The notes: generated by a model from the sequence alone, not told the origin. 64,000 bases of DNA from a virus (IMGVR_UViG_3300021963_005763:39954-103953); one strand, 5' to 3'; numbered from the stretch's first letter, positions 8,742-18,017 are shown. Program-made: numbers and translations.

Positions 8742-9152
8742 GCTCGCACAGGCTAACTTCATGTGCCCTAAACCTGGACCTAGTGTCGCAGGGACGGAAT
8801 GCTCACCGCCGTAGTGAGAACTCAACCACTACCCATAAGGATGTAGATCACTAATCGCCGTGATTTGGTTGTTTGAATAGGTTAAACCCAAGGCAAAAAA
8901 GACGCTCTTAATCGAGCACGTTTTACAAATGTGATAGCGTATATTTGTAAGACCGCCGTTGTAATGAAGACGGGGATGGAGGTACCGGACAACCGCCTCT
9001 GCTAAACACCCTAACGCTGTGTGACTATGCTACTCAGATGATGCATAACTTCGCCCGCCCTGGGCGAAGTGTGACCACTTAATCTAGATGATACTAAAAG
9101 ACAAAAATGCTTCGAGTCTCGTAGACGAAGAAGCGAACGAACGTAGTTCGTT
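8742..9152 (+). ncRNA. Putative large structured non-coding RNA (family not recognised; strand assumed from flanking genes)
   Basis: No ORF of 60 aa or more; ~48% GC by hand count; at least 10 consecutive stems, a multi-way junction and a possible pseudoknot. Confidence 0.6.
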
Positions 9153-9180
9153 ACTAAATACCGGATACTGTCAATAAATC

Positions 9181-10464
9181 ATGAAATTATATCAAGCCCT
9201 CGGTCAAGAAACTATATTTGAAAGTATAGGTAGTAACGATCCCTATTTCCGTAAATGGCAAAAAGAAATACATCCTGTTCTATGTGAAGTTGCTCTACAA
9301 CCCGATCAAATAAATCAATTATTCAAATCGATTGAGAAGGGCGGAGGGAGAAGTCTCATAGGCAAGGCCAAGGATGCTGCTGGAAAAATTAACAACATAT
9401 GGTTTGATAAATTCGGTGGTATGTTACAAAATAGCACTCCTGTCCAAGCATTTGATCAAAAATATGAACAACTTAAATCAAGCATAGCTGCTAAGAATCA
9501 TAAGGTAGCTGCTAGTTTAGCCAAGTATGGGGATTTCGCAAAAAACAACCCTAAATTACAAAAATTTTTATTGGCAATCGCAGGCAGCGTGGCTGCTGCA
9601 CTAGGAGTAGCGTTTGCAGGAGGGGTAGGTGCTGGAGCATTAGCAGTGGGCACAGGTGCAGGCATAGCAACAGGTATCATTAATATTGCTGACCGTTTAT
9701 TACAAGGACAACGAGCCAGCACTGCTATTGGTAGAGGCGCTACTACAGGAGCCATTGCTGGACTAACTGCTGCGGCTGCTACAACAATTGCTGGATCGAT
9801 AGCAGATAGTTTTAGAGCAGAATATGTTCAAGCCAGAGGTGCTAACAATCTAATGAAAGGCACATTCGATCTCAATGGTCAATGGACCTTTGTCACAGGC
9901 AAAGCTGAAGATGTTCGTATGCTGAACAAACTAGTCGATGCTGGAGATATGAACGGTTTTTATAACCTAGTGGCCAAGATGCGAACTCCGGAATATGTTC
10001 AAGGATTGAACGCTTCTATGGACATTATCAAACAGGCTGCTCAACATTATCAAACAGCTAAGGATACACTGACAACATTGGCACAGGTAGCTGCTGCCGG
10101 AGCAGGCGGTGCTGTCAGTGCGGCTACAAGCGGTCAACCTACTACTGAATCAGTATCCCGTAGACAAATTACAGAATTATTTGGCATCACTGGTAATAAG
10201 ATAGATGCTAGTAAATTAGAAAAAGCATGGACACAGGCTGGCTCTCCTACAGACAGTGAAGAAATTAGAAAAATTTTACAAAGTGCGGGCGTCGAATCTA
10301 GCATTATAGATCAAGCATTTCAAGATATAGGTGTTCAAAGTTCTGTTGGAAACACAGCAAATAAAACAGTTACTCAAACGGTAAATACGCAGGAAATAGT
10401 AGCAAGAATACGAAAACTTACTCCTGCTCAACAAAAAGAAATTTTAGCCTTGTTAGGACAATAA
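9181..10464 (+). CDS. Hypothetical virion-associated protein with hydrophobic Gly/Ala segment
   Basis: TAAATA at 9155-9160 upstream; 427 aa; FLLAIAGSVAAALGVAFAGGVGAG segment. Confidence 0.5.
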   Translation: MKLYQALGQETIFESIGSNDPYFRKWQKEIHPVLCEVALQPDQINQLFKSIEKGGGRSLIGKAKDAAGKINNIWFDKFGGMLQNSTPVQAFDQKYEQLKSSIAAKNHKVAASLAKYGDFAKNNPKLQKFLLAIAGSVAAALGVAFAGGVGAGALAVGTGAGIATGIINIADRLLQGQRASTAIGRGATTGAIAGLTAAAATTIAGSIADSFRAEYVQARGANNLMKGTFDLNGQWTFVTGKAEDVRMLNKLVDAGDMNGFYNLVAKMRTPEYVQGLNASMDIIKQAAQHYQTAKDTLTTLAQVAAAGAGGAVSAATSGQPTTESVSRRQITELFGITGNKIDASKLEKAWTQAGSPTDSEEIRKILQSAGVESSIIDQAFQDIGVQSSVGNTANKTVTQTVNTQEIVARIRKLTPAQQKEILALLGQ

Positions 10465-10465
10465 C

Positions 10466-11314
10466 ATGAGAATTAATGAAATTATAACTGAAGAACAACT
10501 GGATGAATTAAACCTAAAGGGTCTAGGAACAGGGTTAGGTAAAGTTATCGGTGGAGCTGCTGGCGGTGTAGTTCAGGGTGCTAAAAATGTTTGGTCAGGA
10601 ATGAAACAAGGCTATCAAGGCGCTCAACAGGCATTAGCCCCGGATACAACTGGTACAACTGCTCCTGCAACAACTGCTTCTGGTGCTACTACATCTCCTA
10701 GTACCAGTGCAACACCTACTACGTCTACTGCTCCTAGTTCTAGCTCAGTCTCTCCGTCGACTGCTCAATCTACAACAACAGCTCCAGAACCGCAGGCAAC
10801 TCTGGATGAATTAGATAGTATCAAGGCGTTGGTTCAAAAATTAAATCCTGAACAAAAGCAAGAAGTAGCAGCTGAATTACAAAAACCTGAAATACAACAA
10901 CCGTCTGCACCTGCTCCCCAACAAGCACCTGCCGCTCCTACAGGAACAAGTGTAGATATAGGTCAGGTTAAGCAGCAAAGTGCTCAACAAGCACAGGCAG
11001 CGCAGACAGATAAAGCTACAGCACAGCAACAGATCGCAGCTACACAACAAGCAAATAGTCAAAAAGCCAAACAAGATGCTGCTATTAAGGCTGCTAAAGA
11101 TGCTGCTATGGCTAAACCAGCTTTCCAGCAGACAGCATCAGACAAACTGGCTATTCAAAAGGCACAGCAAATGGGTATTAGAGAAGCGGTAAGTGAGAGT
11201 AAACAACCTAAAAAGCCTGCACCAAAGCAGCCTGCTAAAAAGCCTACTCCTGGAAAGAAGAAAAAAATTGTTGTTGCGGAATTTAATAGTAAATTTCTAG
11301 GAATACCTATCTAA
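10466..11314 (+). CDS. Hypothetical low-complexity (Thr/Ser/Pro/Gln/Ala) protein, possible internal head protein
   Basis: 282-aa ORF, MRINEII start, co-oriented with the 9181 gene. Confidence 0.5.
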   Translation: MRINEIITEEQLDELNLKGLGTGLGKVIGGAAGGVVQGAKNVWSGMKQGYQGAQQALAPDTTGTTAPATTASGATTSPSTSATPTTSTAPSSSSVSPSTAQSTTTAPEPQATLDELDSIKALVQKLNPEQKQEVAAELQKPEIQQPSAPAPQQAPAAPTGTSVDIGQVKQQSAQQAQAAQTDKATAQQQIAATQQANSQKAKQDAAIKAAKDAAMAKPAFQQTASDKLAIQKAQQMGIREAVSESKQPKKPAPKQPAKKPTPGKKKKIVVAEFNSKFLGIPI

Positions 11315-11529
11315 AAGAACGGTAATCCAGATTCTTTAGTTGTCTTAAGATTATCTTCAATTAACTTAGCTATAATTTCTCGATCTTCGGGGGTTAACAT
11401 ATGACTTTGATCATATGTTAACCCACCTCGCATAAACCAACAGATTCTTAAAAGTTCTTGTTTTATGGCTTTTGTATCATTCTCATAGACTTTAACCATG
11501 TCGTCTATTCTGTCGGCGCTGAGATTCAA
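11311..11529 (-). CDS. Tail/baseplate assembly chaperone C-terminal ORF, probably expressed by -1 frameshift
   Basis: TTG start with no clear SD; lies in the -1 frame of the upstream gene and is open back to the slippery site at 11541-11547. Confidence 0.6.
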   Translation of the reverse strand: MNLSADRIDDMVKVYENDTKAIKQELLRICWFMRGGLTYDQSHMLTPEDREIIAKLIEDNLKTTKESGLPFF

Positions 11530-11534
11530 AAGCC

Positions 11535-12398
11535 TTATGCGAAAAAATTTGATGGATCAAACGTCAACGGTATGGTGATCATATCTTCTGTTACACCTTG
11601 CTCTCTCATTTCGTCAGTTACAGGAATTTCTATAGGCCTTACTGCATTTGATTGCTGAAGATTTTCTAGATGTTTTTGAATTCGGTTAAAGATTTCCTTG
11701 TCGGAATTCATTACAAATTCTCTAATATAGTCTTGGTCATCAACTGTACCTTCACTAGTTTCAATTTTTATTATGCTTTCTGATATTACAGACATTGTAA
11801 CATCTGTTAATTTGCTAAAACTATCTTTAAATATTTCAACTTTTTGTTCATCAGTTAATGTTTCATTGTTTACTGCCTGCATTATTTTTTGAGTTTCGAA
11901 TGTTTTTACTGCAGTTTTAGTCATTTGCCTATAGTTTAATGGTCGTACATAGACTGTCATCTCATCATTGATAGGGATAACAGGATCCCATCTAATGTTT
12001 GATAATAAATTATCCATAACTAGTCTAATATCTACCTGGTAATCAAATTCGAAACCTTCCTTTAAACTAACAGGAGTTTTCATTAATTCACCATAGGTAG
12101 CTAGACGAATTGAAAGTAGCAGAATATCTAGGTCTATACTAGGTATCATCCAGGCATTTTTGATTTGAGGAACACAGTTTTGAATGATATCAACTACTGC
12201 TTGTCCATTCATTAGGGCGTCCGGCACATTTAACATTAGTTCGTCTTTGGCAGTCATGCTATATACAGCCAATTGACCATTATCAGGCATGTCAATACTG
12301 TCCTCGGGATAATATGCTCCACCGCTAGGCAGTGAAATGTATATCTTAGGCTGTCTCATAAATGCCGCTAATGGGTTAGGACCACGGTTTTGAACCAT
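11535..12398 (-). CDS. Baseplate hub assembly protein / tail assembly chaperone, gp26-like
   Basis: NPL..FMRQPKIYISLPS.G..Y, MTAKDEL, DLDILLLSIRLATYG motifs; GGAG SD supports ATG 12398. Confidence 0.7.
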   Translation of the reverse strand: MVQNRGPNPLAAFMRQPKIYISLPSGGAYYPEDSIDMPDNGQLAVYSMTAKDELMLNVPDALMNGQAVVDIIQNCVPQIKNAWMIPSIDLDILLLSIRLATYGELMKTPVSLKEGFEFDYQVDIRLVMDNLLSNIRWDPVIPINDEMTVYVRPLNYRQMTKTAVKTFETQKIMQAVNNETLTDEQKVEIFKDSFSKLTDVTMSVISESIIKIETSEGTVDDQDYIREFVMNSDKEIFNRIQKHLENLQQSNAVRPIEIPVTDEMREQGVTEDMITIPLTFDPSNFFA

Positions 12399-12410
12399 TT
12401 TCAATCTCCG

Positions 12411-12444
12411 ATAAATAAACTGATATTAATATGACTCGTATTTA
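12411..12444. promoter_or_regulatory. Divergent late promoters (ATAAATA on + at 12411-12417; TAAATA on - at 12439-12444)
   Basis: Late promoter core on both strands between the chaperone and tape measure genes. Confidence 0.6.
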
Positions 12445-12470
12445 TCTACTACTATAACACCTAATTTACA

Positions 12471-14870
12471 ATGGCAGACGTAACCGGTAATATTGGCAAC
12501 GAAAATGTAACGCTGAATAATGCGGCTACTGAGGCTACGTTACGACTGTTACTACAAGCTACACTGGCAGCAAACAAGCAGAGTCTCAGTGCTGTACAAC
12601 AGTTAGCTCAATCGAGTGGTTTAAATCCTCAGGTAGTTCAGGCAGCTAGTCAAGGTCTTACTCAGACAGGTGCTGCGACTAAAAATACTACAGGAGCTTT
12701 AACAGGTTTAGGTACTACAATCGGTGTAGCACGTGCATTATTTGAACAATTTGACGGTGTCCTAAGAAAGGCAATTGATGGAACACTACAGACTAGTGAT
12801 GTATTTGCCAGTCTTAAAAGTCTACCTGGACCTATTGGTTTAGTAGCAGCAGGTTTTCAAAGGATAGCAGAATTTCAAGAAAATAATATGAAGACTTTTC
12901 AGCAGATCAGCTCCGTAGGTGCTAATTTTGCTGGAAGCTTGACAGGCATGCGCATGGCAGCAGCAGGCACACAGATGACCTTAGAACAATTTGGAGCTAT
13001 GGTTACAAAAAATGCTGATACCCTAAGCATGTTAGGTGGTGGTGTAGAGAATGGTACTAGAGCATTTGCACAATTGAGCAAGCAACTCTTAACCGGAGAT
13101 ACCGGCAAACAGTTAATGGCTATGGGCTATACAGCCAACGATGTAAATCAAGGACTATTAAATTATATACAAGTAACAGGTGGTCTTACTAGTGCGGAAT
13201 TAAAAAATGCCGCAGTAACGAAACAGGTTACTGAGGCGGCGGGTGAATATCTGGGACATCTCGATGGATTGGCAAGATTAACAGGCAAAAGCAGACAAGC
13301 TCAGGAAGAAGAGCTTGCTGCCGCCCAAAAGAACGCAGCCTTTCAGGCTTACATGCAAACTTTAAGTAAAGAAGAACAACTTAAAGCACAAAAAGGTATG
13401 GCTAGTGCTATGGCTTTGGGTGGAAAAGGCGCAGTAGATGCTTTTCAAAGTAAATTGATGGGTATAGCACCGGATAAGGCAGGTGCTATGTTTATTGCTA
13501 CTGCTGATAAGACTGCTAGGGTAGTAGATGATATGGCTGACATGGTAAAGGATGGTAATGCTAAATCTAGCGATATCAATAAAAAGACTGCAGAAGGTAT
13601 GCGTGCAGCACAACAGGATTTTGCCAAATATGGTAGAGAAGGATTATTTGCTATCATTAGACAAGGCGGTCCTGTTGCAGATGCTTTACAACAAATCGGT
13701 ATTACTGCTAATAAAGCAGCTACAATGACTGATGAAGAAATAGAACAGGCTTTGAAGAAGGCAGAACTAGAAAAAAGTGAAGCAGGTGCTATGGCTGAGG
13801 CAAATTCTAATTTGAAAAAATTAGGAGAAGCTTTAATTGGTATTATAAGTCCTATTGTTTCCTTACTGACTCCTGCCTTGTCAATGTTTTCGGGCGCATT
13901 ATCTTCTGTTGCAGAATTTATAAACGGTATGCCTGAACCTTTTAAAAAATTAATTGGTGTTGTAGGAATAGCTACTGCTGCACTAATGGCCTATGCTGCT
14001 ATGCAGAAAAAGGCAGCAATGACTCAGGCTGCAGGTAGTATATTACCTAGTGGAGGTGGTGCACCTGGTGGAGGTGGTGCACCTGGTGGAGGTGGCAGTG
14101 TGTTAGGCAGTCTATTACAGAATATAGGACCAGCAGCTAAAGCTTTACTCCAAGGATTTGCTGATGGTTTATTGGCATTTAAGAACCCCGCAGTGTTATT
14201 AGGTGCTGCTAATTTAGGCGGCAGCATAGCAATAATTATAACAACTATAGGTGCAGGTATTGCCGCAGCCAGTTGGATTATGGGCAAAGCATTACCGAGT
14301 CTTTCAGAAGGTATTAATTCATTTACAAATATTGACGGGGATAAGTTAGTAACAACTGCCAAGGGAATAACAGCATTAGGTGGAGCTCTAGTGGCATTCA
14401 GTGCAACAAGTTCTATAGCTACAGTTGGCAATACATTTAATAATATAATAGGCGGCATGGCTAAATTCTTTGGTGGTGAAGATATTGTAACAAAAATATC
14501 AAACATGGTTATGAGATTTAGTCCTATGGTACCTCAATTAACAGTTTTAGGTCCAGCTATTCAAGGATTTGGTTCAGGACTTCTAGATTTTAGCAAAGCA
14601 ATTAATTCAATTGATTTAAGCAAAGGTGAACGGGTTAGAGAATTATTAGCAAGTTATGCCTCATCTGGTGCTTTAAAAGCTATTCCTGGAACAACCCCAG
14701 AAACAGTGCCTCCTGCTGCCGTCGGCACACAAGAAAGTTCAGCAGCGTCTGTAGAAGCCTTAAATAAAACAATGGCTGAATTGTTAAAATATACAAAAGA
14801 AATGGCCGAAAACACCAAGAGGACTATGGATGGTGTTAAGGCGCTGAATCCTAATTTATTCGCAGGTTAA
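12471..14870 (+). CDS. Tail tape measure protein
   Basis: 799 aa, Ala/Gly/Leu-rich helical protein with hydrophobic segments; next to the chaperone gene. Confidence 0.65.
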   Translation: MADVTGNIGNENVTLNNAATEATLRLLLQATLAANKQSLSAVQQLAQSSGLNPQVVQAASQGLTQTGAATKNTTGALTGLGTTIGVARALFEQFDGVLRKAIDGTLQTSDVFASLKSLPGPIGLVAAGFQRIAEFQENNMKTFQQISSVGANFAGSLTGMRMAAAGTQMTLEQFGAMVTKNADTLSMLGGGVENGTRAFAQLSKQLLTGDTGKQLMAMGYTANDVNQGLLNYIQVTGGLTSAELKNAAVTKQVTEAAGEYLGHLDGLARLTGKSRQAQEEELAAAQKNAAFQAYMQTLSKEEQLKAQKGMASAMALGGKGAVDAFQSKLMGIAPDKAGAMFIATADKTARVVDDMADMVKDGNAKSSDINKKTAEGMRAAQQDFAKYGREGLFAIIRQGGPVADALQQIGITANKAATMTDEEIEQALKKAELEKSEAGAMAEANSNLKKLGEALIGIISPIVSLLTPALSMFSGALSSVAEFINGMPEPFKKLIGVVGIATAALMAYAAMQKKAAMTQAAGSILPSGGGAPGGGGAPGGGGSVLGSLLQNIGPAAKALLQGFADGLLAFKNPAVLLGAANLGGSIAIIITTIGAGIAAASWIMGKALPSLSEGINSFTNIDGDKLVTTAKGITALGGALVAFSATSSIATVGNTFNNIIGGMAKFFGGEDIVTKISNMVMRFSPMVPQLTVLGPAIQGFGSGLLDFSKAINSIDLSKGERVRELLASYASSGALKAIPGTTPETVPPAAVGTQESSAASVEALNKTMAELLKYTKEMAENTKRTMDGVKALNPNLFAG
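14050..14095 (+). repeat. 18-bp tandem repeat (GGTGGAGGTGGTGCACCT, ~2.5 copies) encoding GGGGAP
   Basis: Directly visible in the sequence. Confidence 0.85.
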
Positions 14871-14881
14871 TTAAATATACT

Positions 14882-16606
14882 ATGTCTTGGAAAAAATACT
14901 TTACTCCTGTAAAACCCACAACTGGCCAACTTAGTGTGATAAGTGGTTCTGGAGTAGGGCATACTAATCCTGCGCATCGCAATTATTCAAGTTACTTACC
15001 TGATGTTTATTCAGGACATCCTAATCGTCTAGAACGGTATGGTCAATATGATACAATGGATAGTGACAGTGAGGTTAATGCTGCTTTAGATATTCTAGCC
15101 GAATTCTGTAGTCAGACGAATGATGAAAATGGTACACCCTTTAGAGTTTTCTTTAAAGAACAGGCAACAAATGCTGAAATAACCGTAATTAAAAAATATC
15201 TACAACAGTGGACTAAACTCAATAAATTTCAATTAAGAATATTCAAACTCGTGCGTAATGCTTTCAAATATGGGGATGTATTTTTTGTACGAGATCCTGA
15301 GACACAAAGTTGGTTATTCGTAGATTCTGCCAAAGTTGACAAGATTGTTGTAAACGAAAGCGAAGGTAAAAAACCTGAACAATATCACATCAGAGATTTT
15401 AATCCAAACTTAGAAACTCTAGCAACTACGGCTATCAATCCCAGTAATGTAACTGGAGGAGGAAGTCAATATGCTAGTAGCTTTGCGGGAAATGCAGGTG
15501 GTGCAGGTTATAGCCGAGGCATGACAGGCGCATTTCCGACAAATATATCAGGCACTCGATTTGACAAGAATGAAAGACAATATGTTATAGATGCTAGGCA
15601 TATTATACATATCTCAATGAGTGAAGGTTTAGATAATAATTATCCTTTTGGAACTAGTCTATTAGAAAGTATTTTCAAAGTTTACAAACAAAAAGAACTT
15701 TTAGAAGATGCTATTATTATCTATAGAATACAACGAGCACCAGAGCGACGTGTTTTTTATATAGATGTAGGTAATATGCCAAGTCATATTGCTATGAGTT
15801 TTGTTGAACGAGTAAAAAACGAAGTAAATCAACGCCGTATACCTTCAGTAACTGGTGGAAGCCAAAGTGTTATAGATGCAGGATATAATCCTTTATCAAT
15901 AAATGAGGATTATTTCTTCCCACAGACAGCAGAAGGTCGAGGATCTAAGGTAGAAGTATTGCCTGGTGGAACTAATCTGGGAGAAATAGATGACCTCAAA
16001 TACTTTACCAATAAGTTATTCCGTGCTCTGCGCATACCTAGCAGCTACTTACCTACAGGCCCAGATGATGGAGGGAGTAATTTTAATGATGGAAGAGTGG
16101 GAACAGCTTATATACAGGAACTTAGATTCAACAAGTACTGTGAACGACTACAATCATTAATGAATGAACAATTTGATACTGAGTTCAAATTATATTTGCA
16201 TAATAAAGGTATTAATATTGACAAAAATTTATTTGATCTAAAATTTAATCCTCCTCAAAATTTTGCTGCTTATAGACAAGCTGAAATGGATACAGCTAGA
16301 ATTAATACTTTTAATACTGTAGTAGCTATACCATTTGTTAGTAAGAGATTTGCTATGAAACGGTTCTTAGGCATGACTGCTGAAGAAATAGCAGAAAATG
16401 AACGTATGTGGCGTGAAGAAAATATAGATGAGGGTGTAGAATTACCTGCTAGTGCTGAATTAAGAAGTATAGGAGTAAGCGCAGGCGGCATGAACAGTGA
16501 CTTATCAAGTATATCAAGTGCAACTGTTCCTCCACCTTCATCACCTTCAAACCAAGAATCTGCAGATACCGCTGCTCCGGCTGGAGCTCCTACTCCTACA
16601 ACATAA
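14882..16606 (+). CDS. gp20: Portal protein
   Basis: LLEDAIIIYRIQRAPERRVFYIDVGNMP, EDYFFP..EGRGSKVEVLPGG.NLGEIDD..YF..KL.RAL.IP motifs. Confidence 0.95.
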   Translation: MSWKKYFTPVKPTTGQLSVISGSGVGHTNPAHRNYSSYLPDVYSGHPNRLERYGQYDTMDSDSEVNAALDILAEFCSQTNDENGTPFRVFFKEQATNAEITVIKKYLQQWTKLNKFQLRIFKLVRNAFKYGDVFFVRDPETQSWLFVDSAKVDKIVVNESEGKKPEQYHIRDFNPNLETLATTAINPSNVTGGGSQYASSFAGNAGGAGYSRGMTGAFPTNISGTRFDKNERQYVIDARHIIHISMSEGLDNNYPFGTSLLESIFKVYKQKELLEDAIIIYRIQRAPERRVFYIDVGNMPSHIAMSFVERVKNEVNQRRIPSVTGGSQSVIDAGYNPLSINEDYFFPQTAEGRGSKVEVLPGGTNLGEIDDLKYFTNKLFRALRIPSSYLPTGPDDGGSNFNDGRVGTAYIQELRFNKYCERLQSLMNEQFDTEFKLYLHNKGINIDKNLFDLKFNPPQNFAAYRQAEMDTARINTFNTVVAIPFVSKRFAMKRFLGMTAEEIAENERMWREENIDEGVELPASAELRSIGVSAGGMNSDLSSISSATVPPPSSPSNQESADTAAPAGAPTPTT

Positions 16607-16614
16607 ATAGTTCT

Positions 16615-16857
16615 ATGTTTCTAAGAGAGTTCATATATTTTGATAAGAAAAATCCCGAGATGGTAGATGATTCGCGTTATCTATCCGACAATGACTCTTC
16701 TATTTTGAATCTAAATGATACTCGCAAAACACGACTAACTTTAAAAATGTTAAGTGAACTTAGAAAAGCAGGTGAAGCTAGAGAAAAAGAGTATAAGGAA
16801 GAAATGGGATTAGTTAGAAAAATGTATGCTGCTCCCCCTCCTGAAGCCGCCGTGTAG
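16615..16857 (+). CDS. Small head-module protein
   Basis: 80 aa between portal and core genes; own TAAATA at 16604-16609. Confidence 0.6.
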   Translation: MFLREFIYFDKKNPEMVDDSRYLSDNDSSILNLNDTRKTRLTLKMLSELRKAGEAREKEYKEEMGLVRKMYAAPPPEAAV

Positions 16858-16988
16858 GAAAAAATTAATTTTTTTCTAACCATTAGAGGCCAAAATTCTT
16901 CATTTTAGGCCTATTTTCTACCGAGTTTTTAATCAATTTGTAAATATCCTTACAGCCTTGCCGCTACCATTTAAGGAGAATACAAGTC

Positions 16989-18017
16989 ATGACGAAGTTT
17001 GAACAACTTCTAGACTACATTGTTAACGAAGAACATGATAAAGCCAATGAGCTTTTTCATGAAATCGTTGTAGAAAAATCTAGAGAAATTTACGAAAATT
17101 TAATTGCCGAAGAACAAGATGAAGATATGGACGAAGCTTCTGAAGAAGAAGCAGATGAGTCTGTAGATGAAGCAGCTGATGAAGAAATGGATGAGTCAGA
17201 AGAAGAAATGGACGAATCTGCTGACGAGGAAATGGATGAAGGTGAAGACGAAGAAGCCGATGAAAGCATGGATCTAGAAGATTCATATATGATGGACGGT
17301 GACGACGAAGAGCCTATGGGCGGAATGGACGACATGGGTGGTGATGCCACAGATGACCTAGAAGGTGATGTTAGTGCCGACAGCCCAGAAGAAGAATTAA
17401 AAATGAGCATTAAAAATGCTATGGCAGAACTACAGGCTGCGTTTGACGCTGCTGAAGATATGTCAGGCGGAGACATGGGCGGTGATGATGAATTCTCTGC
17501 CGGTGACGATGACATGGGCGACGAGATGCCAAAAGAGGATGATATGATGGGCTTTATGGAAGGTCGTCGTATGACTCGTGAGTATATTGAAAAAGTTGGT
17601 AATGATTGGGACAAAGGTTCAAGTCAAAAACAACAGGCTAAACATGTTGGTGCAGGTTCAGGTGAAACAGCAAGTGCCCCCTCAGAAGGACGCAGTCCAA
17701 TCAGTAGCGGTTCTGGAAAACCTACAACAGGCGCACATGCTAAAAATTTAGTACAACATCACGCAGAATCAGCTCCTGACGGTACAACACCACATGGTAA
17801 AGCAGGTGGATTTTTAAGTAGTGCTAAGGATATGGGCACAGGCAACGGTAACGTTCCTGGTGGTAAGATGGGCGTTAAGAATCTAAAGAAAGTCAGTGGA
17901 GGTCACGGTGCTGAGAAGAAAGGTTCTGGTCCAGGTCCAGTTGGTTCAGGAACAGGCGATAAAGCAGGCCAGACCAGCATGGGTAACCAAGCTCAATTGA
18001 TCAAGCACATTAAGTAA
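16989..18017 (+). CDS. Highly acidic prohead core protein
   Basis: Asp/Glu-rich (EEMDES repeats); AGGAG SD; lies between portal and protease. Confidence 0.6.
   Translation: MTKFEQLLDYIVNEEHDKANELFHEIVVEKSREIYENLIAEEQDEDMDEASEEEADESVDEAADEEMDESEEEMDESADEEMDEGEDEEADESMDLEDSYMMDGDDEEPMGGMDDMGGDATDDLEGDVSADSPEEELKMSIKNAMAELQAAFDAAEDMSGGDMGGDDEFSAGDDDMGDEMPKEDDMMGFMEGRRMTREYIEKVGNDWDKGSSQKQQAKHVGAGSGETASAPSEGRSPISSGSGKPTTGAHAKNLVQHHAESAPDGTTPHGKAGGFLSSAKDMGTGNGNVPGGKMGVKNLKKVSGGHGAEKKGSGPGPVGSGTGDKAGQTSMGNQAQLIKHIK

Noticed and set aside
9019-9092. CRISPR array
   Set aside because: Only two units with 7-nt constant parts and no cas genes
8742-9152. Identification of the element as tRNA, tmRNA, RNase P RNA, group II intron or hammerhead
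   Set aside because: No cloverleaf or CCA end, no GAGGAAAGUCC, no domain V, no intact CUGAUGA...GAAA core recognised by eye; an Rfam scan is still needed
16858-16920. AT palindrome and AGGCC/GGCCT hairpin upstream of the core gene
   Set aside because: Weak, AT-rich stems that could be chance or a simple terminator; not enough to call
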